From Scyliorhinus canicula (lineage: Eukaryota): a DNA stretch of 64,000 nt. Within the stretch, counting starts at the first letter, position 1, and the number at the start of each line of letters is the position of its first letter. The stretch covers positions 252,150,690-252,214,689 of the forward strand of contig NC_052148.1 in the NCBI RefSeq assembly GCF_902713615.1. The letters run 5' to 3'. The translations under genes were made by a program, and so were the position numbers. The notes below the pieces were generated by a model, which was given only the letters and a program-made list of their open reading frames with translations, searched no databases and was not told the origin of the DNA. Below are positions 12,270 to 23,293 of the stretch, piece after piece.

Positions 12270-13075
12270 CGGAAAATCCCATATACATGCCACCAAGTGT
12301 CTCGGTGCTTCCCAAGGCTCTGCCATTTATCATGTATTCCCTTGCCTTTTTTGTCCTGCCCACATGCATCACCTCTGACCTATCCTGATTGAATTCAATT
12401 TATCACTGATCGGCCCATCTGACCCACTCATCTATATCCCCCTGTAATCTAAGACTATCCCCCTCACTATTTACCAGCCCACCAATTTTCGTACCATCTG
12501 CAAACTTACTGATCAACCCTCCTACATTCATATCTAAATCATTTATATAAACCACAAACAGCAAAGGCACCAACACTATTTCCTCCCTTGCCTCACTCAA
12601 CAGCCTGGGATACATTTAATCCGGCCCTGGAGATTTGGCTACTTTTAATCCTGCCAGAGCACTCTCCAGACTGCAGCTCCCCTCTATCTATGTTAATCTT
12701 TTTAATTTTCTCACAGTTCTTCTCCCTGATTTCTATACCTACACCGTCCCTCTCACGAGTGAACACCAACACAAAATATTCATTTGGAACCGTACTCCAT
12801 CCTTTGGCTCCACACACAAATAACCACTGTGTCCTTAATGGGTCCTATTCTTTCCCTAATTATCCTTTTTCCCTTATTGTGCTTGTAAAACAATTTAGGA
12901 TTTTCCTTTATTTTACCTGCCAGTCTCCTTTCATGCCCCCTTTTTGCTCTCCTAATTTTCTTTCTAAATTCCCGATAAGCCTCAAGGGCTTCTGTTGTTT
13001 TAAGCCCTCAATATCTGCCATAAGCCTCCCTTTGCCTCCGTGTCCAATGCTGTTTATCCCTTGGTATCCAGGGTT
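12270..13075 (-). mobile_element. Rearranged CR1 ORF2 (RT) fragments
   Basis: LLFVVYINDLDMNVGGLISKFADGTKIGG (FADD motif region); YPRLLSEAREEI. Confidence 0.85.
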
Positions 13076-14247
13076 CAAGTGGAAAGGATTTGATTCAACA
13101 ATTTTATTTTCCCATTCTGTGTATTTTTGCATTGTGCCTTTCAGCTACAATGTTATTTCCTTACCTCGGATCTGTCATCTTATTGAATAGTATTTGAAAG
13201 CTGTGTCGCCTTTTTATGAACATTAGTTTTAAGGTTTAACCAACTGACCGGTTCTATTGTATTTTAACTTGCTTTTAGAAATGGTATTCTAGAAAAGCGG
13301 AAAAGAAGTAACCCTTTGGAACATTGTTGTCTAAGAAAAATCCATGGAAGAAGTTTGCTTTTGGTAAGTGAAGTACAATACTGCTGAATTAACTTACAGG
13401 TATTCTGAATATTACCAGAATTCTCCGTGACAATCTTTGATGCAGCCAAGTAAACCTGTGTAAATTGGTGAAACCTGACTATGCTATGCAGCTTTCTGTG
13501 TGTGGGAATTGAGATGGACTGCAATCTTGGGCTGGATTTAGTTGGGCCAACAGGGCTCCTGCCCTCTGGTCCGAAAAGGGAATCCTTGTCAGTTCTGTCA
13601 GGAGGCTTTCGGAACCAGTTGCTCCTCAGGTACTAATGTGGCCACCGTCAGGCCTTCCCTGAGGAGGTTCAAGACCCTGACAGCGGAGGTGCCCCCTGCT
13701 GAGAGCTGTCAGCCAATCAGTGACTGACAGCTCCTCATTGCCTTCAGCTGACAGCAGTGATCCCACCGGAGGTCCAGGATAAGCAAGGGACCCTGGGCAC
13801 AGGTTAACGAGGGCGTATTGGGGTTTACGGGTGGGTGTCATGGTAGATTGGGTTGGAAGGTGGTGTCAGAGTCAAAGACAAGGGCAGTGACTGGTAATGA
13901 GGCACAACGTTCTCTCCCCCTCTTCACCCCCCTCCTCCCAATTAAATGCTGGAAAACCCAGTAGTGAGTACATGCACTCCGAAAACGTTAGTCCCATTTC
14001 TTGTGGTTGCAATAAAGGGATAATGTGTTCCTGAATGAGCCAACATGTGCAACTGAGGGGGAAAGGAGCTCTAAATATGCACCAACATTTAATGGAACAG
14101 TCACCAAGTCAGCTGATAGAGGTTTGAAAACGGGCACATATCAAGTTCTGCCCTTCCTGACCAATGCAAGGTTCATTATAGTCTATCATATCTATGTTTA
14201 TAAGTCACGTGCGGGATGTTACAATTTGAAGAACGATAAAAGACCCT

Positions 14248-14895
14248 GGCAGGATCCTCTGGTCACTGATGCTGAAATTGCGTTTGGCAATCGGCTGGAG
14301 AATACCCGTTTCCGACAAAATCGGGGGCGGCACCACTTTCGCAATGGTCTGTCCTCTCCAAAGTGGTATACTCACCGAGTACGCTGTGCGCCATATCGAC
14401 GGCCTCAGTACGTTGCCTGAGGCCCATCCACCCCCGATCAGCCGAGTTCCTGCCTGCATCGATCGCGTGTGATATCATCCGTCGGGAACTCAGCGTGGCG
14501 GCAGCGGACTCTGTCCAGCGCCACCACAGTTGGGGAAGGGCCAATACGTGGGCAGGGGGGACTTTGTCAGGGCTGTGAGTACTGTTGGGGTGTGGTCTGA
14601 GGCTCAGGAGCCAGTCAGAGGGGGGGGGGGCAGAATTTTGCCGACGGGGTCCGCGAGCGGCCGGCACCATGTTGCACGGCACGGCCGATGCAGGCCGCCG
14701 CCTTGCACATGTGTGGTCATGGACCCGGAAATTCTCCGGGCTGTATCGGCAGCTAGAGCCAGGTGCTCTATGCTGACGGCATGCTAGCCCCCAGTCAAAT
14801 GGAGGATTGGTGGCTGTTTTGCGTTTTTCGGTCGTAAAACGCCACCGTTCCCATGCCGACGTGAGGACATAGACTCAAATCAGAGAATCCAGCCC
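14248..14895. mobile_element. Harbinger-type MITE
   Basis: GGCAGGATCCTCT ... AGAGAATCCAGCCC termini with 3-bp TSD CCT/CCT. Confidence 0.75.
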
Positions 14896-15009
14896 CCTAT
14901 CACATATCTTCATAAATATATTGCTTCTGAACACATTTACAAATTTGTTGAAACAAGTGCATACAAATCTCAAGTGAATATTAAATACTTAAAGTGACAT
15001 TATTCAAGA

Positions 15010-15297
15010 TTCAAGATAGCGCCGCAGCATGGCGACTCCCTGCAAACTCTCTCAACCAGACCCCTTTCTTTTATCTCTTATCATCGTTCTGACCTACTAA
15101 AATTCTTTTCCACTTGATATATAATCTTTGCTTAGCCCTTGCTCCGCACTATAACCAATCACTATTTATTGATGTGCTATTTGTCAATGTACTCTGTCGA
15201 TTATTCTTTTGTCTACTATGTACATACTTGGCCGCAGAAAATTACCTCTCACTGTACTTCAGTACATGTGACAATAAATATCAATCAATCAATCAAC
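15010..15297 (+). mobile_element. Short non-autonomous element with a Rex-type 3' tail
   Basis: Starts TCAAGATAGCGCCG; ends cactgtac...gtgacaataaa plus (TCAA)n, like 3535-3590. Confidence 0.5.
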
Positions 15298-15313
15298 CTG
15301 TTCCATATGTCCT

Positions 15314-16038
15314 GGGCGGGATTCTCCCAACGGGAGTTTAAGTGCCGAAACCGGAGTAAAAACCGGAGTGTTTTACTCCGGTGGCGTTGTCCATTCCCAG
15401 ACCACTATTCTCCGCCCTCCGTGGGGCTAGCAGGGGCGTCGCGTGATTTACGGGGGCGGGGCCTCGGCGTGGCATCAGAAATCCGGCGCCGCATAAAAGA
15501 CGCGGCACCTTGGGTCCCGCCCATGCGCAGTTTGGCCGGCGGCAACTAGCGCATGCACAGTGGTGCCGGTGCCAACCGACGCATTGGCGGTAACCTCGCG
15601 GAGCGCTCCGGCCCCTCACCAACATGGCGCCGGGGTTCTGGGGCTGGTCACACAAGGAAGTAGGTCCGGGGGCGGGAGAGGCCGGCCTGCCGATTGGTGA
15701 GCCCCAATTGCGAGCCAGACCCCAGAGGAGGCCCCCCCCGGGAACGGAGCCCCCCCACCCCCCCACAGGCCGGCAACCCAAGCCTTCGCGACGAGTACCG
15801 GCCGGCAGTGACCAGGTGTGGACGGCGCCGGTGGGACTAGGCCGTTTACACCCGGCCCATTTGGGCCGGAAAATCGCCGCTCATTGGGGCAATTCTCCGA
15901 GCGGCCCGGCGTGATTCACGCGGCGCTGGTTTTGGGGGGTAGGAGAATCGCGTGCGGGGGTCAGGGCGGCGTGGCACGATTCGCGCGGTGCCCCGGCGTT
16001 TCTCCCACCCGGTGGGGGAGGGGGAGAGAATCCCGCCC
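15314..16038. mobile_element. Harbinger-type MITE, well preserved
   Basis: Perfect 13-bp TIR GGGCGGGATTCTC / GAGAATCCCGCCC; 3-bp TSD CCT/CCT. Confidence 0.85.
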
Positions 16039-16814
16039 CCTATCTTTGCCTGCAACGTTTTGCAGTAATATGCATATTCCACTTTCACCTTCGATGACTC
16101 CCTCTTCTCCCAGATATAATCCCCAAATTGCATTCTCATCTGCTCATCTAATGTAACTGGCGGGAATTAGTGTAATGGAAGTTTAATAGAGACTGAACTA
16201 GAAGAGGTTCTGGCATCTTCTTATAAATCAGGTCCTAACACCAATATCTTGAAATGATTAAAGCCGTAACCAGCTGGGCCATGTATTATCTTAATTTACA
16301 GGATGTGCCATTTAAGTGCCATTTAATTGGATACTTCAAATATCCGCCTAATATTTCACCCTCGGGCTTATGAAGAGAGAGTTTAGTGTCATATTCAATT
16401 AAAGATTTCCCAATGAGGGTCACATGTCATTTTATCGCTCCTAAAAATGTGACAGATTGAAAACACAAAAGGATTATGACGTCATAAAGGCTGGGAATAT
16501 CTAAAGGATTCAGAAATCATTGAAGCATCCTAAATACAAGAGAGCTAGCTCAGTTGGCCATACGACTAGCTTGCAAATGAGATTAATGTCAGCAACGCTG
16601 AGTACAATCCCAGTTCAGGCTGAGGTAGACTCAGAGCTTCATTCTATCTGTAGTAAACAAATCATGGCATTTTGTGGTGGTTAGGTGACTGCTGATAGTC
16701 GTGGTTGGGTTCAAAACTGAAGAAGATTTGAAATGTGAAAAGTATAACAAGGTTATAACACATGCCTGGTTAAAAGATAATGGGGGTGATTCTCCCAAAA
16801 GGGAACAAAGTCCC

Positions 16815-17186
16815 TGTCATGATATGCAAACATGCAGCTAATGAACACATGGAATAGGACACGACCAATGAGCAGTCAGAACACTCAGGGGTGGTATCTC
16901 ACTATAAAAAGGATGAGGCACTCACACCCCACCTCTTTCCACAGACCAACATCTACAGTGTGAGACAGGGTGTATCCTCAGCATCACACCCCAGCTCGTG
17001 GCTTAGAGCAAGGCTGGTTCAGTTAGACTGAGTTACTACATTTAGATTAACAGAGAGAAGAACTCATTGAGAACTGTACTAATAGTTCAATAAAACACAT
17101 TGAACTTGCTTCAAGTTCTGGAGCATCTTTTACTCAAAATTGTATCAAGTGGCAGCTTGTGTTATTCCAAATTACATAACACAACA
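16815..17186 (+). mobile_element. Solo LTR inserted near the terminus of a MITE
   Basis: TGTCATG...ACAACA; CCAAT, TATAAAA and AATAAA; perfect 5-bp TSD GTCCC. Confidence 0.9.
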
Positions 17187-17439
17187 GTCCCACTGTCTCA
17201 CTCTAATATGCAGATTTGCTAAAAAACGTGATCTCGCCCGTTGTGGGCAGGATTCACATCGCAACGTCTCGCGAGATTGCATTGAATCTCGTGAGGCATT
17301 ACAAGCTGGGTAGATCCCGGGAGTGGATCTCCCGGCTTCAAGGCCACTCTGCGCCATGGTGAATTGCTTTTCTGGCGCAGCGTGGCCATTGGATCACCCA
17401 GTAATTGCAAACTTAGCCTCATCACCAGCTGAATCCTAA

Positions 17440-18320
17440 GTAACTCAATTCCTGACTCCTCAAAGCCTGTCCACTATCTACAAGGTACAAATAATGAGTG
17501 TGATGGAATACTCTCCACTTGCCTGGATGAGGGCAGCTCCACAAGAGTCAGGAAGTTCGACACCATCCAGGAAAAGCACCCCGTCGATTTGCATCCCATA
17601 TGCCACCTCCATCTTTCACTCACTGCACCACCGATACACAGTGGCAGCAGTGTGTACCATCTACAACTGTGATGGGCAACCTAAACTAGTGACTGGGCCA
17701 CATGAGTGGCTCCCCTTCATCTCAATGGGCCGCAAGATTGAAAGTGGGAAAGTTCATTAACTGTGACCCTTGACTAAGATTGAATACATTTCATACATGC
17801 TGAATATTTCATAAGTTATAGAAAATGCATAATCATTCATATATTAATAGAACTGTCGTCAACTTCAAGATGTAAAAACAAAAGAAATATTTCTACTTTA
17901 ATACACAGAGAGAGCGCATGGCTCTTACAGTCAATGTTGACCGCAATCAGCACGCACCTCTCTTCAGTTACGCTTTATGTGTGTATCACTTCAGTTAAAC
18001 CGATAGGAAAAAAGCTATGCGAATGGAAACCAGTGGAATGTGGCAACGCTGCACGTGGGCAACAGTCAACAAAATGTCTCGAGGACCACACTCAGAACCC
18101 CGATGGACCCCACGTGGTTCCCTGGCTGCCAGGTTGCCCACTACTGATTTGTAAGATTCACCGCAGTAACTCACCAATGCTCCTTTCATAGCACCTTCCA
18201 AACTCGCAATCTCTACCACCTAGTAGGACAAGGGCAGCAGATACATGGGAACACTCACCACCTGCAGGGATGGGCAATAAAATGCTGGCCTTGCCAGCGA
18301 CGTCCACATCCTGTGAAATT
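17440..18320 (+). mobile_element. CR1-group LINE 3' fragment split by a hAT MITE
   Basis: SVMEYSPLAWM motif identical to 38022-38402; sequence resumes after 18146. Confidence 0.75.
17667..18146. mobile_element. hAT-type non-autonomous DNA transposon
   Basis: TIR CTGTGATGGGCAACCT / AGGTTGCCCACTACTG; decayed 8-bp TSD ATCTACAA/ATTTGTAA. Confidence 0.7.
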
Positions 18321-18684
18321 ATTTTTTCTAAAATTCCTTTGTGCAGTCATGAAAAAAGATGCTCTGAATGATATTCAGAGTAGTCCACATTCACAAGTAA
18401 TATTTCTGTACTAAAAAGGGATGATTCACAAATACTTACTCCTAATTTAGAATTGGCTATTGTGCTGGCAGAGAACTTCATTAGATGAGCGTAAGGGATG
18501 AAAATAGAATAACAGAAGATTGTCATAGAATCGATAGAGAGTAATGCTTTCCACTGGTAGGAGGGTCAGTTAACAAATTTATAATTAATTATCAATGGAA
18601 CAATGGAAGTGATGGGGAGGATTCATTTTACGTAGTGGGTTCTTATGAAATATACTGGGCTGTATTCTTCGCGCTCCCCCAGTC

Positions 18685-19012
18685 GAGCTGACTGGTGGTG
18701 ATTTAACCTGAGGATCACCACACCTCAGGCGAGGGGCACGGTTGAGAAGGCGGGGCCTTCATGAATAACCTCAGCCGGTAGGGGAATTGAAACCGTGCTG
18801 CTGGCCTTGTTTAGCATCACAATCCTGGGTTTCCTCCGGGTGCTCCGGTTTCCTCCCACAAGTTCCGAAAGACGGGCTTTTAGGTAATTTGGACATTCTG
18901 AATTCTCCCTCCATTTAGCCAAACTGGCGCCGGAATGTGGCGACTAGGGGCTTTTCACAGTAACTTCATTGCAGTGTTAATGAAGCCTACCTGTGACAAT
19001 AAAGATTATTAA
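18685..19012. mobile_element. Fused SINE fragments: MetaSINE-like (minus, 18685-18825) joined to the 3' half of a V-core SINE (plus)
   Basis: First part matches 57570-57705; second has gggtttcctccgggtgctccgg and the tail seen at 38770-38835. Confidence 0.65.
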
Positions 19013-19019
19013 TGAATTA

Positions 19020-20388
19020 AATGAACCTAATGTCTTATTTAAATATGCTGATCTGGATCGCGGCCAGCGAGGATGCAATCCAGATCACGCCAAGCAGAGC
19101 AAGTTGGGTGATTCACAATCGGCCCGGTGTCATGAATGGAGCCCAATTCTCGCCGGAAGTGAATTGCTTGTGATTCATGTTCTCATTGGGGGTGCTATTT
19201 GTTCTGCAATTCAAGACGTGCAGAGGGCTAGCACTCTGCCAGCGACAATCGGAAGCAATTCCCAGCCCAGTGAGCATTTTAACCACTGAGGCTGGAATTA
19301 GCGCTAAAGAGCATGACAAGTTGGAGCTATTTGTAACTGCTGCATTCACCATTGCAGCCATGAAGATGACTCAGAGAAGACCTGCCCCCCCCTCCCCCCC
19401 GCAATTTCAAGAGTCTGAAGTGGACCCACTGCTCGATGCCAATGAGTAGAGGAGGGACACCCTCTTCCCCAGGGTAGATTGCAGACTCTAACTCGCCCTC
19501 CTGACCAGCTCTTAGGAGGAGGTGGCACAGGCCGTCAGTGCTGCCAGCCAACCAGGAGGAGAGAGCCCGTGATCCTGAGGGGTGGGTGCCATGGTGAGGC
19601 CTCAGCTGTGAGAGGGGAAGTGTGCAAGGGAGCTTTTCAAAGGCCACTGTGCAGGTGGCTTTTAGTTGGGCTGAGCTCTGCTAATCCCCTGCTTACTTTG
19701 CAGTGGGATTGCACTTCTGAGGAGTGCCCAGAGGAGTGCCAACACCTGGTGGGCTGGTGATTGAGCATGGCCATGCCCATCCCCTTGATGACCACACTGG
19801 GGTATGAGGGTTTCCAGAGGGGTGGTTTGGGTGGTCTCGCACATCAACAGAGGCTCTCTGCACATTTACAGGACACAGTGAGCACTCAGTAGTGTGAATA
19901 GCCAGGAGCCTGAAAGTAGCACTAGTGGGGTGTGTTTAAATCATATCGTGAGGGGGAAACCCTGAGTGCACGGACTAGGACCAAATCATTTTCCGCTATT
20001 GCCCCCAGTCCAGGCAGCCAGCCGACAATTTAAAAATACTTTTTTTTTACCCTCTCATTCCCGCTTGACAGCCATGACGCCCAGTACCCGTTTGTGAATA
20101 TTTGCACCACTTTGCGCCCATGTGACATCCGCCAGAGAGGGGCGGAGCATCACGGAGGGGCGGCGCATGCAGTGTCCAATCCACTAATGAGATTTAAATC
20201 CATGCAAATGATGGTTTTGCACGGGCCCACCGGCACGGGATGCAATTTTCACTAATGTCGCCAGTGCGGGGACTGGGGCATGGCGTCGGAATTGGCGCTG
20301 GGCGCAAATCACGATTTTCCCATTGCTCGCTATTCTCCGCCCAATCATAATTCTCGCTGCCGGTGGCGGGAAGCAGAGGAATCAGCCC
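19020..20388. mobile_element. Harbinger deletion derivative
   Basis: Contains a Myb/SANT-like relic; right terminus GAGGAATCAGCCC; left terminus possibly at 18657. Confidence 0.6.
19366..19560 (+). pseudogene. Myb/SANT-like DNA-binding protein relic (Harbinger accessory ORF)
   Basis: Manual translation MTQRRPAP..QFQESEVDPLLDANE*RRDTLFPR...*EEVAQAVSAAS fits the F..E...LL ... W..VA..V pattern. Confidence 0.7.
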
Positions 20389-20503
20389 ACCGTATACACC
20401 AGGCAAAATATACCGTGACTATGTTTAGACCATGGATGGATGGCGTTATGGATTTGAATCTTGTTTTCCTTCCAATGCACTTGATCATTTTCTGAGTGAT
20501 AAG

Positions 20504-20690
20504 GGGCAGGATTTTCTATCCGGCCAGGCTCGCTTTCTGGTGCAGCGTGCCCCAGCCGGCATTGGAATCCTCTGTTCCGGCAGCCAGCCAACGGGGCTTC
20601 CCATCGTGGCCATCCCACGCCGTCGGGAAACCCGCGGGCGTGGGTGCTCTGCTGGTGAAGCGGAGGATCCCGCTGACGGAGAATTCCGCA
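20504..20690. mobile_element. Short Harbinger-type MITE
   Basis: GGGCAGGATTTTC ... GAGAATTCCGC termini. Confidence 0.55.
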
Positions 20691-21090
20691 GGAGGTTTTT
20701 CTTTCATAAATTTCATTTTTTTATTTAACATTCCCGGACAGCTTACATAAAGAAGGCAATTGTGGCAATTTAGAAAATAATGACAGGATGCGTTTGGAAA
20801 TGATTGCATTAAGAGTACAAATATCTCCCCTGAATGTGACTGCTACAAGTACGGAAAGATATGGGGCGTTTCTACTGGGTAGACTGGACGGGCTACAGAT
20901 TCTTCAAAATCAAAACCGTGAACACCGGTAACCCCAGATTACATAGATACATAGAAGATAGCAGCAGGAGATCTTTTGGCCATTTGAGCCTACTCCGCCA
21001 TTCATAATGGTCATGGCTGATCATCCAGCTCAATAGCCTTAATCTGCTTTCTCCCCATAGCCTTGCTCCCATTCTCCCCAAGTGCTGTAT

Positions 21091-21295
21091 TTTTTTTTTA
21101 AATTACTTTTTCTGAGTTACAAAGCCAGGGCCCAGGATGTGGTCAGGAGCGAACCCCCAATCCAGCTCCCTGCCTGCTCCAAAAACCAACCCAAATTCAA
21201 ATTGAATCCAATTCATGGTCCCCACAAGAGAGAGATACCAGATCTGAGCCAAAAGGCTACTACACTTGATCTTAGCCAAAAGACCGAGAAGCGAT
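21091..21295 (-). mobile_element. U2 snRNA-headed chimeric retrocopy (candidate SINEU-like element)
   Basis: U2 nt 1-38, then a U2 nt 12-28 copy, about 140 nt of non-U2 body and a poly(A) tail; TSD CCCAAGTGCT(G/A)TAT at 21077-21090 and 21296-21309. Confidence 0.85.
21258..21295 (-). pseudogene. RNU2: U2 snRNA 5' fragment (nt 1-38)
   Basis: ATCGCTTCTCGGTCTTTTGGCTAAGATCAAGTGTAGTA, one mismatch to the vertebrate U2 5' end. Confidence 0.92.
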
Positions 21296-23293
21296 CCCAA
21301 GTGCTATATCTAGCCGCCCCTTGAATATATTCAAAGTTTTAGCATTAACTACTTGCTGTGGTAATGAATTCCACAGGCTCACCACTCTGTGTGAAGAAAT
21401 GTCTCCTTATATCTGTCCGAAATGGTTTCCCCTGAATCCTCGCACTGTGGCCCCTGGTTCTGGACACACCCATCATTGGTAACATCTTCCCTGCATCTAC
21501 CCTGTCTAGTCCTGTTAAAATTTTACAAGTCACTATGAGATTCCCCCTCATTCTTCTGAACTCCTGCAAGACCAATCCCAACCTAGTCAATCTCTCCTCA
21601 TATGTCAGTCCTGCCATCCCTGGAATCAGTCTGGTAAACCTTCGCTGGATTTTAGGGTAATAGCCTCTAACAAACAAATAAACTGTGGGAGAAATGGCAT
21701 GGTATGTGCTGCAGCTGGTGTACAACACAACCTCAGAATACGTTGGTGCAGTCTATTCACAATAGACTGGCAAGACAGGAGACGCTCTCCGCTTCTGAGT
21801 TTATGGATTTTCCTATGTAGCTTCAGTCGATGAATGTTACTGATGCCTTATAAGAGCACTAACAGAAGTTAATGAGCCAGTCATTTGGCTGTGATGTACA
21901 TTAAGGCTGCTCGTTGCTTTAATTGAAGCAATTTAAGACAAAGAGTATAATCTGCTCCCTTCTTCAATCTTCATTCTTTCCATTAGTCCAACACTTGTTA
22001 GTCCTTTCCCACACCCCCACCACAAAATAAAACAATGATGTTTTTGTCACAGGAGACATCGACTCCTGGCTTAATTTATTGTTGTTTAATGTAATCTTCT
22101 GTATGGATATATGTTGATGAATTCAAATAATGTAAAAAGATTTTGTATGTTCTGCTGACTTCCTAAGTTCTCAACCAGTTCCACTGCTAACAAGGTATCT
22201 GGAGATGCAGAAAATAACTCTTATGCCACTGCTGCCACTCTGAGATCACAGAGATAACAGTTTAATGGTTAGACTGGGATTCAATGCAACTGAATCAAAC
22301 AAAATCTCCTTCGAAACTACCCTGGAATTATCAATTCCCTTGTCCAAACTACCAACCGACTCATGAATTTTAAAAGATGGAAATCACTTCGGTTTCAAAG
22401 CTTCCAATCTTGATGCAATAAATAATTTATTGAGGTTGTTAACATTTAAAAAAAAACATTATTGATCTGTCTTTCCTGCTGATCTGAGTTTTTGAACAAA
22501 AGGCTGCAAAATGCTAATAAAACGCACGAGTGCACAATTAATCTTTCAGTCCTCCGTTTGGAACAACAGGAGTAATTGGAGATTGCGCCAGTTCCGTACC
22601 AAATTAAATGTTGAATACAGTTAAGTCAGGTAAATAAAATTGCTACACTGCTGTACGTCTTGATCAGTAATCTCCGAATAGTTCTTAATGCCTGATGCCC
22701 TCAAGGTGCAGGGTCTGAGATTTTAGCCCGGGCTAAGGCACAGACGCATAGTGGACCACTGATCAGGGTGGCGAACTGTGCATTCTCTTCTCTTTGCATT
22801 CCAAAGCGAACAGTTCTTCCATCCGCAGCCTCTTTTAATTCAGACTACCTCAGGAACTTCACCTGTCTTCGCTTGGCTAGCCGTGGGGCTCATTCATGCT
22901 CCGAACTAGTGAAGGGCTAATGGTGTGTCGAAGGAAATCAATAATCTGCCAATAATGCCCCGACAACGTTCGAGGAGCTTTCTGGACTTAGTGGGCCCTC
23001 ACTGTTTCCATTTCCTTTATCTGGTTGAACATGTCTGTTGTATCTTTACAGGTTCAGGCTACCTGCTAAAATATGCAAATTAGTCAGAGGCAGTAAATTG
23101 GGTCAGGTTCTGGACTTGGGTCTACTTGGCGATTCTTCCGCTCATGGAGTGGCCCAATAGAATTTCAGGCTCCAGGCTTTTGAACCACTGGGACTTTGTC
23201 ACAAATTGCGCTGAATTTCATTCAATGCATCCTACCTTTCTCGTTGATTTTGTATATCCAGGCAAAACTAAACAGGATGGATTTAATCATCAC

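Larger units (their letters stand above)
20938..21647 (-). mobile_element. CR1 LINE 3' end hosting a U2-headed retrocopy
   Basis: QRRFTRLIPGMAGLTYEERLTRLGL...FRRMRGNLI. Confidence 0.9.

Noticed and set aside
12588-13190. 200-aa hydrophobic plus-strand ORF
   Set aside because: Antisense to purine-rich CR1 ORF2 fragments
21258-21295. Functional U2 snRNA gene
   Set aside because: Only nt 1-38 are present; no Sm site or 3' stem-loops; flanked by a TSD within a CR1 rather than by an snRNA promoter
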